Notes under the pieces: generated by a model | The model's database searches: none | What the model saw: only the letters and a program-made list of their open reading frames with translations | What the model was told of the DNA's origin: nothing | Shown: positions 1 to 10,166 of the stretch, piece by piece | Layout: each line of letters begins with the position of its first letter | Numbering within the stretch: position 1 is the first letter of the stretch | NCBI GenBank assembly: GCA_963835575.1 | Contig: CAWIGG010000005.1 | Coordinates: 224,001-288,000 of the forward strand | Direction of reading: 5' to 3' | DNA from: an uncultured Spirochaetota bacterium | GTDB lineage: Bacteria > Spirochaetota > Brevinematia > Brevinematales > JAOACQ01 | DNA length: 64,000 nucleotides | Position numbers and translations under genes: made by a program

Positions 1-1
1 A

Positions 2-559
2 GAAGGCAAGATCATCGTCATATCAGGGCCATCCGGCGTCGGCAAGACAAGCCTTTACAAGCGCCTTCTCAGCGACCTGCCGGATAAACTCCAATTTTCA
101 GTATCAGCGACGACCCGCAGTCCCCGCTCGAACGAAATAGACGGGATCGATTATTTTTTTATTACAGAAGAAGACTTCCAGAAAAAAATAAAAAACAATG
201 AATTTGTCGAATGGGCGAAAGTTTATAACAATTACTACGGCACCCTTAAATCGGAGATTACCCGGATCACCCGGGATGGCAAAAACTGCCTCCTGGATGT
301 GGATGTACAGGGCGGAATGAATATAAAAGAATCACTGCCGGAAAGCACCCTTATTTTCATTATGCCGCCTTCCCCCGAAGAGCTTAAAAACAGGATTACC
401 GGCAGGCATACCGATGATATAGACACGATCAAGCTGAGGCTTAAAATCGCCGCGAATGAAATGAACTATGCCGATCAATATAAATTCAGGGTCGTAAACG
501 ACGACATTGAAAGGGCTTATGCGGAACTGAAAAATCTCGTTTTGAAAAACATCGAGTAA
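2..559 (+). CDS. gmk: Guanylate kinase (5' end outside window)
   Basis: Frame 2 reads EGKIIVISGPSGVGKT (P-loop), SVSATTRSPRSNEIDGIDYFF, YYGT, LLDVDVQGG, IFIMPPS. Confidence 0.95.
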   Translation, partial: EGKIIVISGPSGVGKTSLYKRLLSDLPDKLQFSVSATTRSPRSNEIDGIDYFFITEEDFQKKIKNNEFVEWAKVYNNYYGTLKSEITRITRDGKNCLLDVDVQGGMNIKESLPESTLIFIMPPSPEELKNRITGRHTDDIDTIKLRLKIAANEMNYADQYKFRVVNDDIERAYAELKNLVLKNIE

Positions 560-1139
560 ACCGAAATCTCCCGCAGGGCCGCCAAGGTTTTTACAGGAAG
601 GCACGAAGACGGGAAGAGTATAGGGCGAAAGTTGATTATATATTGTCACCTTATTATATAAAAAAAGTAATTTCATTATTTAAGAAACCAATAAATGGAA
701 TTGGAAAATAGATGTTTATATAAAAATTCCCAATTGCTTTTTAATGAGTTTACCAATATTATTTCACATTTTATTCGGGTTTTCTTACTTGAAATATTAA
801 CTTCCCTTTTAAAAAGGGGAATTAAACTATTTAAGCATTTCACTGATCTCTTCCCGCCTTCCTGTGAAATATAAATTTTTTTATAAAAACCTGAGCGGTT
901 TATTCCACCCTATTCCGACAATTAATTGCAAATTTCCCTATTTAGCTTTAGAATAAAACGCAATATTTTCTTCTGACCCGCTGAGCACATGAGACGCAGA
1001 GGCCTTTTATTTTTCACGCTGAGTCACACACTTTTCCTGATTTTTTTACTTCCCGCCTTTGCACTTATTTATTATATTTAAGCTTGTAATGTTATTTTAA
1101 TAGATATGAAATTGAAGATTAAAATTGGAGGATATAAAT

Positions 1140-4004
1140 ATGGCAAAATCAAAGACAAAGTACGTTTATTTCTTCGGCGGCGGAAAGGCCGAAGGTGACG
1201 GTACGATGAAGGAGCTTCTCGGCGGAAAGGGCGCCGGGCTTGCTGAAATGACCGCTATCGGTCTTCCCGTACCAGGCGGATTTACCATCACAACAGAGGT
1301 CTGCGACCTCTTTTATAAAAACGGCAGAAAATACCCTGACGGCTTAATGGAAGAAGTGGATGGGCATGTGGCCAGGCTGGAAAAGCTCATCGGCAAAAAG
1401 CTGGGCGACCCGAAGGACCCGCTTCTTGTCTCCGTCCGTTCGGGCGCGCCCATTTCCATGCCCGGAATGATGGAAACCATATTGAACCTGGGCCTGAACG
1501 ACAAATCGGTCGAAGGCCTTGCCCAGAAAACCGGGAACAAACGGTTCGCACTCGACGCCTACAGAAGATTTATCATGATGTACGGATCGACGGCCATGGG
1601 CATCGAAAGGGAAAAATTCGACCATGCTTTTGATAAAATCAAGAATGAAAGAACAAGAGGCCGGCTCAATATCCAGTTCGGCAAAAAGGTCAATGACACC
1701 GATGTCAACGCCGCGGAACTGGAAGAGCTCATCAGGAATTTCAAGGAACTCTATAAAAGGGAAATCGGAAAAGATTTTCCGCAGGACCCGAAGGAACAGC
1801 TCTGGGGTTCAGTCAGCGCCGTTTTCGGCAGCTGGATGGCCGATAAGGCCGTGACTTATAGAAGGGTTGAAAAGATCCAGGGCATCGTCGGAACGGCCGT
1901 GAATATCGTGCAGATGGTCTTCGGGAACATGGGCGATACTTCCGGTACGGGAGTCTGCTTTACACGCGACCCGAATAACGGCGATAACACATTTTACGGC
2001 GACTACCTGATCAACGCCCAGGGCGAAGATGTCGTGGCCGGCATCAGGACCCCGATTAAATTATCCGATTTCGAAAAGGCCGATCAGAAAGCCTATAAAC
2101 AGCTGGTTGAAGTGAGAAAGACCCTCGAGAAGCATTATAAGGACATGCAGGACCTGGAATTCACGGTTGAAGAAGGCACTCTTTACATGCTCCAGTGCCG
2201 GACCGGCAAACGTTCTCCTTTCGCGGCGTTCAAGATCGCCGTGGATATGGTGGACGAAAAGCTTATCTCGAAAGAAGACGCTCTTATGAGAATTAAAGAT
2301 AAAGACATCGAAGGCATTTTTTACCCGATCATCGACCCTTCCCAGAAAGAAGCCCTCAAAGCGAATTTCATTGTATCGGGCATCGACGCCGTACCCGGCG
2401 CCGCGGCCGGAAAGGTCGTCTTTAACGCGAAAGACGCCGAGGACTGGGCCGGAAGGGGCGAGAAAGTGATCCTTGTCAGAAAAGAGACAAGCCCCGAAGA
2501 CGTCGGCGGCATGCATGCCGCTGTCGGAATCCTCACCGCCACAGGCGGTAAAACCTCGCACGCCGCTGTTGTCGCGAGAGGCTGGGGGAAATGCTGTATC
2601 GTCGGCTGTGAAAAGCTCGACATCGATTACGGCAGTAAATTATTCAAAGTCGGCGATAAAATCGTCAGGGAAGGCGAAGAGATCACGCTGAACGGCACGA
2701 CCGGTGAAGTTTACAAGACCGCTATGAAGCTCATCAAGCCCACGCTGCCGGCTTCCTACAATACAATCATGACCTGGGCGGATGAAACCCGTAAACTCAA
2801 GGTCAGGACGAACGCCGACACGCCTTACGACGCGGCGCACGCCGTGGAACTGGGCGCCGAAGGCATCGGCCTCTGCAGGACGGAGCATATGTTCTTCGAC
2901 ACGGAGGAAAGACGCGAAGCCATTCAGGAAATGATCGTGGCCGACACCGTGGAAGACAGGAGAAAGGCTCTCTCGAAGCTCCTGCCCTTCCAGAAAGCGG
3001 ACTTCAAAGGCATATTCAAGGCGATGGACGGCAAGCCCGTTACCATCCGCTTGATCGACCCGCCCCTTCACGAGTTCGTGCCGCATGACGAGCCCAAGCA
3101 GAGGGAACTCGCGCTGAAGATCGGCGTTCCTTTTGAAAAGGTCAAACATAGAGTTGAACAGCTCCACGAAGCAAACCCGATGCTCGGCCACAGGGGATGC
3201 CGTTTGTGCATCACCTACCCTGAAATCCTGGAGATGCAGGTCACGGCCATCATCGAAGCGGCATGCGAATGCGCCAAAGAAGGTATCGACGTGGAACCGG
3301 AAATCATGCACCCCCTCGTTATCGATAAAAAAGAACTCAAGATCCTCGAAGTCCAGACAAGGAAGATCGCCGACGCCATCATAGCCCGGAGCGGCAGGCC
3401 GGTGAAATACTTAGTCGGCACGATGATCGAAGTGCCCAGGGCGGCCCTTCTTGCCGACCAGATCGCCGAAGTGGCGGAATTTTTCTCCTTCGGCACCAAC
3501 GACCTCACACAGATGACCCTCGGTATGTCTCGGGACGACGCGGGACGCTTCCTGCCGGATTATGTCGACGAAAAGAAGGCCGGCGTCTTCAAGGACGACC
3601 CCTTCCAGTCTCTCGACCAGTCAGGCGTGGGCCTCCTGGTGAAATGGGGCATCGAAAAGGGCCGGAGCACCAGGCCGAACCTCAAGGTCGGCATCTGCGG
3701 CGAACACGGCGGCGAGCTCAAGTCCGTCAAGTTCTGCCACAGGGTTGGAATGAACTATGTTTCATGTTCGCCCTTCCGCGTACCGATAGCGAGACTCGCA
3801 GCGGCGCAGGCCGTTATTGAAGACAAGAAGGCTGCAAAGCCCACATCCAAACCGGCGGTTAAGAAAGCACCGGTAAAGAAAGCGGCGGCCAAAAAGCCCG
3901 CGGCGAAGAAGCCGGTTGCGAAAAAAGCGACGGTGAGTAAGGCTGTTAGCAAGAGCGCACCGAAGAAGAAGGCTGCTCCGAAAAAGAAGAGCTCTAGAAA
4001 GTAA
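1140..4004 (+). CDS. ppdK: Pyruvate, phosphate dikinase with Lys/Ala/Pro-rich C-terminal extension
   Basis: LLGGKGAGLAEM, LLVSVRSGA, GGKTSHAAVVARG (phospho-His), GIGLCRTEHMF, FSFGTNDLTQ, GICGEHGG; GGAGG RBS before ATG 1140. Confidence 0.97.
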   Translation: MAKSKTKYVYFFGGGKAEGDGTMKELLGGKGAGLAEMTAIGLPVPGGFTITTEVCDLFYKNGRKYPDGLMEEVDGHVARLEKLIGKKLGDPKDPLLVSVRSGAPISMPGMMETILNLGLNDKSVEGLAQKTGNKRFALDAYRRFIMMYGSTAMGIEREKFDHAFDKIKNERTRGRLNIQFGKKVNDTDVNAAELEELIRNFKELYKREIGKDFPQDPKEQLWGSVSAVFGSWMADKAVTYRRVEKIQGIVGTAVNIVQMVFGNMGDTSGTGVCFTRDPNNGDNTFYGDYLINAQGEDVVAGIRTPIKLSDFEKADQKAYKQLVEVRKTLEKHYKDMQDLEFTVEEGTLYMLQCRTGKRSPFAAFKIAVDMVDEKLISKEDALMRIKDKDIEGIFYPIIDPSQKEALKANFIVSGIDAVPGAAAGKVVFNAKDAEDWAGRGEKVILVRKETSPEDVGGMHAAVGILTATGGKTSHAAVVARGWGKCCIVGCEKLDIDYGSKLFKVGDKIVREGEEITLNGTTGEVYKTAMKLIKPTLPASYNTIMTWADETRKLKVRTNADTPYDAAHAVELGAEGIGLCRTEHMFFDTEERREAIQEMIVADTVEDRRKALSKLLPFQKADFKGIFKAMDGKPVTIRLIDPPLHEFVPHDEPKQRELALKIGVPFEKVKHRVEQLHEANPMLGHRGCRLCITYPEILEMQVTAIIEAACECAKEGIDVEPEIMHPLVIDKKELKILEVQTRKIADAIIARSGRPVKYLVGTMIEVPRAALLADQIAEVAEFFSFGTNDLTQMTLGMSRDDAGRFLPDYVDEKKAGVFKDDPFQSLDQSGVGLLVKWGIEKGRSTRPNLKVGICGEHGGELKSVKFCHRVGMNYVSCSPFRVPIARLAAAQAVIEDKKAAKPTSKPAVKKAPVKKAAAKKPAAKKPVAKKATVSKAVSKSAPKKKAAPKKKSSRK

Positions 4005-4021
4005 ACTATAGAATTGATTAT

Positions 4022-4055
4022 AAGCCCCGTTTCTGTAAGGGAACGGGGCTTTTTT
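4022..4055 (+). terminator. Intrinsic terminator after ppdK
   Basis: AAGCCCCGTT-loop-AACGGGGCTT followed by T run. Confidence 0.9.
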
Positions 4056-4142
4056 ATGGCATCTCTTTTTTAATTCATTCGGGGCTTATTGATATCTGAC
4101 TAACCTGGTAATTTTACCACAAGGGCACGGAGGGAGTTCTAA

Positions 4143-4232
4143 AGGTGGGCTACGCCCGGCAGATAAAAGATTTTGATTGAGAATCCTTTCTTGATTTATT
4201 AAAAGCCTTTTGAACGACACCAATTCCACACG
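4143..4232. repeat. Dispersed ~90-150 bp non-coding repeat (other copies ~20512-20640, ~20876-21030)
   Basis: Shared blocks GGTGG(G)CT(A/T)CGCC, GATTTTGATTGAGAATC, ATTAAA(A)GC, CGAC(A/C)CCAATT. Confidence 0.8.
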
Positions 4233-4325
4233 ATGTTATGATAAAAAGTCAAAAGAAATATTGACGGGTAAGGGAGATGGCATTATACTGCCTGAAATAC
4301 ACAAGAGGGGGTTAGTGCCGCTGAA

Positions 4326-4895
4326 TTGAGATCAACAAAATATATTATTGAAAGTTTTACTAAAATTTTGAAATATAATCCTCAAATTACTAGTGACTAT
4401 GATATTAAGCATAAATTAGATGTTTCTTTTATTTCAATGGGAGAACCTGTTGGAAATTTTAAATCAGAAAATATAATCATTAATGATGCAAATGAATTAA
4501 TCGTTTTTGATGGCAATGATTTTAAATCAAAATTATCTAATATTAGTATTAAGTTTAAAAAAGAAAGTAATTATGATTATGGAATTATATTAAAGATTAA
4601 TCCAAAACAATTCCCCAATAGAAATTGGTTTCTTTGTGCTGGTCTAGGAGAATATGGAACCTCTGGAGCAGCATGGTTTCTAAGTAATAAATGGAATCAA
4701 TTATATAAAGAATTTAAAAATACTAATTTTGCTACCATTGTTAAAGTTAAACCAGGGCAAGATGAATCTGCACTCATGGTTTTTGCTACAAATGATAAAA
4801 ATGACTATCGATTAAAAAAACCAGAAGATATAGAAATTATTCTTCCTGATATAGATGTTGAAAATTTAATTCCTAAAATTAAAAAGAAAAAATAA
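4326..4895 (+). CDS. Hypothetical AT-rich protein, start uncertain (possibly 5'-truncated)
   Basis: 189-codon ORF, much lower GC than ppdK, no recognised family, no clear RBS. Confidence 0.45.
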   Translation: MRSTKYIIESFTKILKYNPQITSDYDIKHKLDVSFISMGEPVGNFKSENIIINDANELIVFDGNDFKSKLSNISIKFKKESNYDYGIILKINPKQFPNRNWFLCAGLGEYGTSGAAWFLSNKWNQLYKEFKNTNFATIVKVKPGQDESALMVFATNDKNDYRLKKPEDIEIILPDIDVENLIPKIKKKK

Positions 4896-5217
4896 AATTA
4901 AGGAAGATTTCATTAATATTGGCCACCGCATAGCGTTCAATAGCACCTATTACATTGCGGTGCTCGCCGTTAATGACAGATATGGAAAAAACCTTGATTT
5001 TTCCATTAGTATTCGCCCTGCGTCGGGCAGACTGGAGGAGAAAACTCAGGTCAACCACATATGCTTGTCAAGAACTGTGAGCAGTTCTAAGGCTCTCAAA
5101 TGTCGTGTAGCTGCACTGTTAAATGTAATTGGCAAATTTACCTCCCAAAGTGTCCGGCTCATTAGTAATCAAGTTCCCATCATTATTTGCATTCCCGGCA
5201 GTAAATAAATTATAATT

Positions 5218-6525
5218 CAAGACCTTTGCACGGTTACTTCATGGAAACATGAGATTAACTTCAATCTATGCCATAATATATAAGTTAAAGAGGTAAAATT
5301 ATGGCAATAAAAACAAAGCCGGATAGTTGGGCAGATTACGAGATCAGCTGCCGAAAAGAGAAAAAAGTTACATTTTTAGAACAGATTTTAAGACTGATTA
5401 ATTGGACAAGGATAGAAAGAATTATCAGGAAGAAATACAAAAAGTTCTTCAACGCAGTAGGAAGTCCGGCTTAACCGAGTCTGGCTATGTTCAAAATCCT
5501 GTTATTACAAACATGGTATGATCTTTCTGATCCGCAGATGGAAGAGGAATTGATTAATAGAATATCTTTTGTCCGCTTTGCGGGCTTATTACTTACGAGC
5601 GACGTGCCTGATCACAGTACCATCTGCCGGTTCAGGAATGAATTGAAGGATTTGGGAGTTTACGAAAAGCTTTTAAATGAAATCAATATACAGTTAGAGG
5701 GAAATCAAATATTAATCAAGAAAGGCGCAATTGTGGATGCGACAGTGGTGCAATCATCACGCCGTCCGCGCAGGGTTGTGGAAACGGAAAGCATACCGGA
5801 AGATCGCAAAGAGGAAGAAAAGCAGGATGTTTCATATCCGGAAGTCAGCTATTCTGATGATACAGACTCAAAGTGGCTGGTTAAGGGGAAAAAGGTATTT
5901 TATGGATATAAAGTGCATATGGCGGTAGATGACCGGAATGGTTTTATTCTGGGCGGGCATGTCACAGGAGCGAATGTGTCAGACATGAACGAAATCAAAC
6001 AGGTTGTAGAGGAAATCGGATTGAATGAAAAATCATCGGTGGCGGCGGACAAGGGGGAATGCAAGCCAGGATAACCGGGATATGCTTAAAGAGAAGAAGA
6101 TGAAAAGCAGAATAATGAGGAAGGCCGCGCGAGGACGGGAATTGACGGAACGGGAAAAAATTTTCAACCGGTTGATTAGCGGATTTCGTTATCTTGCGGA
6201 GCAGACCATCGGAACACTCAAACATCATTATGGATTTGACCGGATGCGTTATCTGGGATGTGAAAAAGGTGAAATGGAGTTTTATTTAAAAGCGATGGCG
6301 TTCAACTTAAAGAAAGCCGCAAGAATCTGTTTTGAGGTATAGGGCGAACTGCGTTCAGAATCCCTTTTTCAGCGGGTTAAAGCTGAAAAAAGCCCTAAAG
6401 AGGGGACCAAAACCCGTAAGGCCGGGGCATTGGCTATAAATGTTATTATTTTGAGTTTAACCCATCCCAAAAATTTTTAATTTATGTCGGATGGCTGGAA
6501 TTTATATAATTGTGCAAAGGTCTTG
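5218..6525 (+). mobile_element. IS5-family insertion sequence, inactivated
   Basis: Terminal IRs CAAGACCTTTGCAC / GTGCAAAGGTCTTG; flanking ATT duplication, supported by the uninterrupted homologous site near 14276-14318. Confidence 0.9.
5301..6342 (+). pseudogene. IS5-family DDE transposase pseudogene
   Basis: LSDPQMEE, VPDHSTICRFR, IVDATVV, YGYKVH, ADKG; in-frame TAA at 5472-5474 and frameshift near 6052-6060. Confidence 0.9.
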
Positions 6526-6555
6526 ATTTTGATATATCCGTCAAGGAGCTATCTA

Positions 6556-6615
6556 TGAATTTTCTGAACAACTGCTCAATAGAGAAAATCAACGCCGATT
6601 CCTTCAGCATCTCGG
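6556..6615 (+). pseudogene. 5' fragment of DUF1349-family gene
   Basis: MNFLNNCSIEKINADSFSIS matches MNFLNGCKIEKIGGDSFSIS at 14335; upstream DNA also homologous. Confidence 0.75.
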
Positions 6616-6720
6616 ACAGCTTTCACCTGTGCCAAGGATTATAAAATTAATATCATAATATTTAAGAAATAGTTATTCTTGTGCCACAGGGAATTTCATT
6701 TTTTTGTCATATCATAAGAT

Positions 6721-6756
6721 AAGCGGCGAATGGTAATATGCCATCCGCCGCTTTTT
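6721..6756. terminator. Terminator-like hairpin downstream of the GH27 gene
   Basis: AAGCGGCGAATGG-loop-CCATCCGCCGCTT plus T run. Confidence 0.7.
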
Positions 6757-6775
6757 ATTGAATTTTCCCAGGTTT

Positions 6776-8650
6776 TCAATAAGTTGTGCAGGAGCTCCCG
6801 TTCAGGGTGAATACGGCCGGTTTGGAATTCGCGCCGCTGTAGGTCATGTTAAAGCCGAAAGCCTGGGTTCCGCCGTTCGCACCGATGATGTTGTTATAAG
6901 ATAAATTATTTACTGTCACAGTCGCTCCGCTTGATGTCTGTGTGGCGTTCCATATTTGCGTGATCGCCTGATTACCGGCAAAAGTCCAGACCAATGTCCA
7001 TCCATTAACAGCTGTTGCGCTGTTGTTCTTAATGGTCACTGTGCATGTCGCTCCGGCCCCCCAGTCATTATTGACGGTATAGTTTACAGCATAACCGCCG
7101 GATATGCTGGATGCGGAACTCGAAACGGTGCTGCTGGCAGCGGATGATGCGGTACTTGAAGTCATGCTGGAACTCGCTATGGAAGACACGGCGCTGGAAG
7201 AACGGGAGCTCAGCGCTGATGATGCGATGGAAGCAATGCTGCTGGAGCGGCTGGAGCTCGCCGGGGAGGACGCAATACTCGAGACGGCAGAAGAAACAAT
7301 GCTCGACGACCGGCTGGAGCTTGTCGGCACCGATGAGAGCGTGGATGATGCCATACTGGAATTCCTGCTGGAACTAATGGAGGAGGATGCCGGGCTCGAG
7401 GAAGCGATAGAGCTGCTGGAGGCGCCGCCCGTTCCGGTCACCTTTATCATAACCACTCCATGAGAGGGAACTGAGGCCGAGTAGGAACCGTTGAATGAAC
7501 CGAGATCGGCATGCGCCCAGAGATCACGGACTGACGCGCTGCCGGAAAGCCCGATGTCGGTCCAATTGACCGATATTGCGGCGCTCGAGCTTCCGCGGTT
7601 CAATAAAACCACGGCTTTTTCAGCGCCGTTCATGCTTCCCAGGGGCTTCATCCAGACTTCCAGGTTTCCGTTTGTAATGATCTTATGTCCCTGGATGCCG
7701 GCCGTGTCCTGATCGACGACGACCACTTCATTATTCAGGAGGATATTGGTGATAGTATTGGTCATTGTCCGGATATCGTTGCCGGCGATCAGCGGGGCCG
7801 CCATAATGGACCAGAGGCTGAACTGGCTTTTGTATTCGTCGTAAGTGCAGCCGGAATTCCCCACTTCCAGCATATCCGGGTCGTTCCAGTGGCCGGGACC
7901 GGCATTGGAATAGAGCGCCTGATTGACATCGGCGATATTCAGGAAAGAGCCGAAGTTGTCGTTGACATCGCTGGTCGTCCGCCAGAGATTGGCGGCGTCA
8001 ATCATCCAGGGCCCCACATAGTACCAGCAGCAGATGGCGAATACGATGGGGCGGCCGCAATTGGTCAGGCATTGGCTCATCAACTGGTACTGGGTCTGCA
8101 AGTCCAGAGAAGCATTACAGCTGTCTTCCTTCAGGTAATCGACGCCCCAGGAGGCGTATGTCGCAGCATCCTGCGCTTCATGGCCCTGGCTTCCGCTCAG
8201 CGGGATACCGCCGCATGTCGCCGTGCCGCGGTCGCCGTAAATCCCGAACTTGAGCCCCTTGGAGTGGATGTAATCGCCCAGGGCCTTCATGCCGCTCGGA
8301 AAGCGATTGGTATCGCCCATCAGATTGCCGTTCGCATCGCGGGCGGGGTTGTTCATCCAGTTATCGTCCAGGATCAGGTAGATATAGCCGGCGTCTCTCA
8401 TCCCGGAGCTGACCAGTGCGTCGGCTATCTGCTTGATTTTGGATTCGTCGATAGCGTAGCCGAAGCAATTATAGCTGTTCCATCCCATGGGCGGCGTCAG
8501 GGCAAGCCCGTTTGCCATCCTCGTGCTCATGAAATTACCTTTATCCGGCGCTCCGCCCCCGTTTTCCGTAATGATGCTGCAGCCCAGGGCAAAGAAGAGA
8601 AGAAAGCCGATAGAAGCCGTAAGACCGGAATACTTTAACCATTTTCTCAT
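6776..8650 (-). CDS. GH27 alpha-galactosidase-like lipoprotein with Ser-rich linker and C-terminal CBM2
   Basis: Lipobox-like ALGC; LALTPPMGWNS, LDDNW, WGVDYLKED, WRTTSD, WNDPDMLEVGN; ~100-aa Ser linker; NDWGAG...WTLVW...QIWNA. Confidence 0.92.
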   Translation of the reverse strand: MRKWLKYSGLTASIGFLLFFALGCSIITENGGGAPDKGNFMSTRMANGLALTPPMGWNSYNCFGYAIDESKIKQIADALVSSGMRDAGYIYLILDDNWMNNPARDANGNLMGDTNRFPSGMKALGDYIHSKGLKFGIYGDRGTATCGGIPLSGSQGHEAQDAATYASWGVDYLKEDSCNASLDLQTQYQLMSQCLTNCGRPIVFAICCWYYVGPWMIDAANLWRTTSDVNDNFGSFLNIADVNQALYSNAGPGHWNDPDMLEVGNSGCTYDEYKSQFSLWSIMAAPLIAGNDIRTMTNTITNILLNNEVVVVDQDTAGIQGHKIITNGNLEVWMKPLGSMNGAEKAVVLLNRGSSSAAISVNWTDIGLSGSASVRDLWAHADLGSFNGSYSASVPSHGVVMIKVTGTGGASSSSIASSSPASSSISSSRNSSMASSTLSSVPTSSSRSSSIVSSAVSSIASSPASSSRSSSIASIASSALSSRSSSAVSSIASSSMTSSTASSAASSTVSSSASSISGGYAVNYTVNNDWGAGATCTVTIKNNSATAVNGWTLVWTFAGNQAITQIWNATQTSSGATVTVNNLSYNNIIGANGGTQAFGFNMTYSGANSKPAVFTLNGSSCTTY

Positions 8651-8840
8651 AATAACAGTTCCTCCTTTTTAAATATCCGCATAAAAAAGTTTTCTATTTA
8701 TATTATAAATCAGCAGGAAATGAGTCATCCCAGACCTGCGGTGCTAATTTAACAGTACCTTGAGTATGGTTTTGTTTTGATAAAATCTGAAGAGAGATTT
8801 ATTTTTACATCAAATTTGACAGGCGCATCCAAGTAAGGGA

Positions 8841-10088
8841 TTACTCTACTTCATAGGGCCACCGGTTTATGCCGCCCAGGTCATAGACCCTGGTATATCC
8901 CAGTTTGGCCAATAATTCCGCCGCCCAGCGGCTGCGTACGCCGGTGGCGCAATAGACGATGATTTCCCGGTTCCGGTCGGGCACAAGGCTCTGTATTTTG
9001 TCCCGGATGTCGAATGTCGATAATAAAACGCTTCCCTTGATATGCTTTTCCCTGTACTCTTTTTCCGTGCGGACATCGATCAGGAGAGCGCCTTTTTCCA
9101 TCTTTTCCCGAGCGACCTCCGGCGTGACAGAACGGATATCCGGGTTCAGCAAGGCGGTGAAGACAATTCCGTTCATCCCCACAGCCACGATCCGCCTGCC
9201 GTCGCATGCCGCGGCTTTCAGATCGTCTTCCGACAGGGTTTGAAACTGGATGCATTTCCGGCAATCCGGCAATGTAACGATCGAGCCGTGGCTTCCCGCT
9301 GCAACAGGCTGGGTCCCGTCCCATGCCGCTGTGTAAAGGCGGATGTTTTTGAAGTTATTTTTGTGGATGTATTCCAGGACCTGTACGGACCAATTGACGG
9401 CGTCGGCCGATTCGATGATTACCGGATAGGAGGGTTCCTTATTTATATAACCGACTATGAGGAATTTATTACTCATCCATTGAACGTCTTCCAATATTAA
9501 AGGCCGCGTATTATTCTGAATGACAGCCTTCGAAGGGGCCCAGTTTATTCCGTCGGAAGAAGTCAAAATTGTGGAATCATCCCCCACGGCCGCAAACACC
9601 TTCCCGTTAAAAGCCGCCGAATTGAGTCCCGCGGCTGTTCCGGATTCTGCCGCCTTCCAGCCCGTTCCATCCGCCGAAAACAGGACCGTTCCCTTTTCCC
9701 CGACGATGATGGTCCTGCCCTGACCGCCGACAATGTGCCTGAGCGAATAGCGGGTACCGGAAGGGACATCCTTCCACATCATACCGTCGGGAGAGGCCAG
9801 GATTACTCCATTGCCGCCGACCGCCAGGAACCGGCTTCCATCCCAGGCAACCCCGAAGAGCGGCCGGTCCGTTCCGGAAACACCATTGGTCCATATCAGT
9901 CCATCCCCGGAAGTCTTTACCAGGCCGTTTGCCCCAACCGCAACAAAGGTATTATTTCCGCAGACAATGGCGTATAGATCGCCGCTGCCTTTTACGCTTT
10001 GCCAGAATAAGTCATTGAATCCGAATGCGGGTGCCGCCGAGAGGAAAATTATAATAAATGATAGACAAGGCAATATTTTTTTAAACAT
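8841..10088 (-). CDS. Secreted BNR/YVTN-like beta-propeller protein with C-terminal rhodanese domain
   Basis: Signal peptide; repeated FVAVGxxGxIxxSxDGxxW blades; LIDVRT..EY..HIKGS..VYCATGVRS..LGG..W. Confidence 0.8.
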   Translation of the reverse strand: MFKKILPCLSFIIIFLSAAPAFGFNDLFWQSVKGSGDLYAIVCGNNTFVAVGANGLVKTSGDGLIWTNGVSGTDRPLFGVAWDGSRFLAVGGNGVILASPDGMMWKDVPSGTRYSLRHIVGGQGRTIIVGEKGTVLFSADGTGWKAAESGTAAGLNSAAFNGKVFAAVGDDSTILTSSDGINWAPSKAVIQNNTRPLILEDVQWMSNKFLIVGYINKEPSYPVIIESADAVNWSVQVLEYIHKNNFKNIRLYTAAWDGTQPVAAGSHGSIVTLPDCRKCIQFQTLSEDDLKAAACDGRRIVAVGMNGIVFTALLNPDIRSVTPEVAREKMEKGALLIDVRTEKEYREKHIKGSVLLSTFDIRDKIQSLVPDRNREIIVYCATGVRSRWAAELLAKLGYTRVYDLGGINRWPYEVE

Positions 10089-10166
10089 AAATCCTTCCTG
10101 AAAAAATTTGCTCAAGGCTTAGTATAGACAATAAAGTTGTATATTCAATATAGTGAACTGTAAGAA

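Noticed and set aside
1313..3952. Alternative-frame ORFs within ppdK
   Set aside because: Shadows of a GC-rich gene with no independent motifs.
4960..5208. 82-aa ORF
   Set aside because: No RBS or motif, and its 3' part overlaps the duplicated DUF1349 upstream segment.
5472..5474. Programmed readthrough or recoding at internal stops (also 44910-44912)
   Set aside because: Both are TAA, the normal stop in many genes here; decay or sequencing error is simpler.
7104..8638. Plus-strand ORFs of 119 and 317 aa
   Set aside because: Antisense shadows of the GH27 gene and its Ser linker.
8712..8760. Riboswitch upstream of GH27
   Set aside because: Two short hairpins only, no recognisable aptamer consensus.
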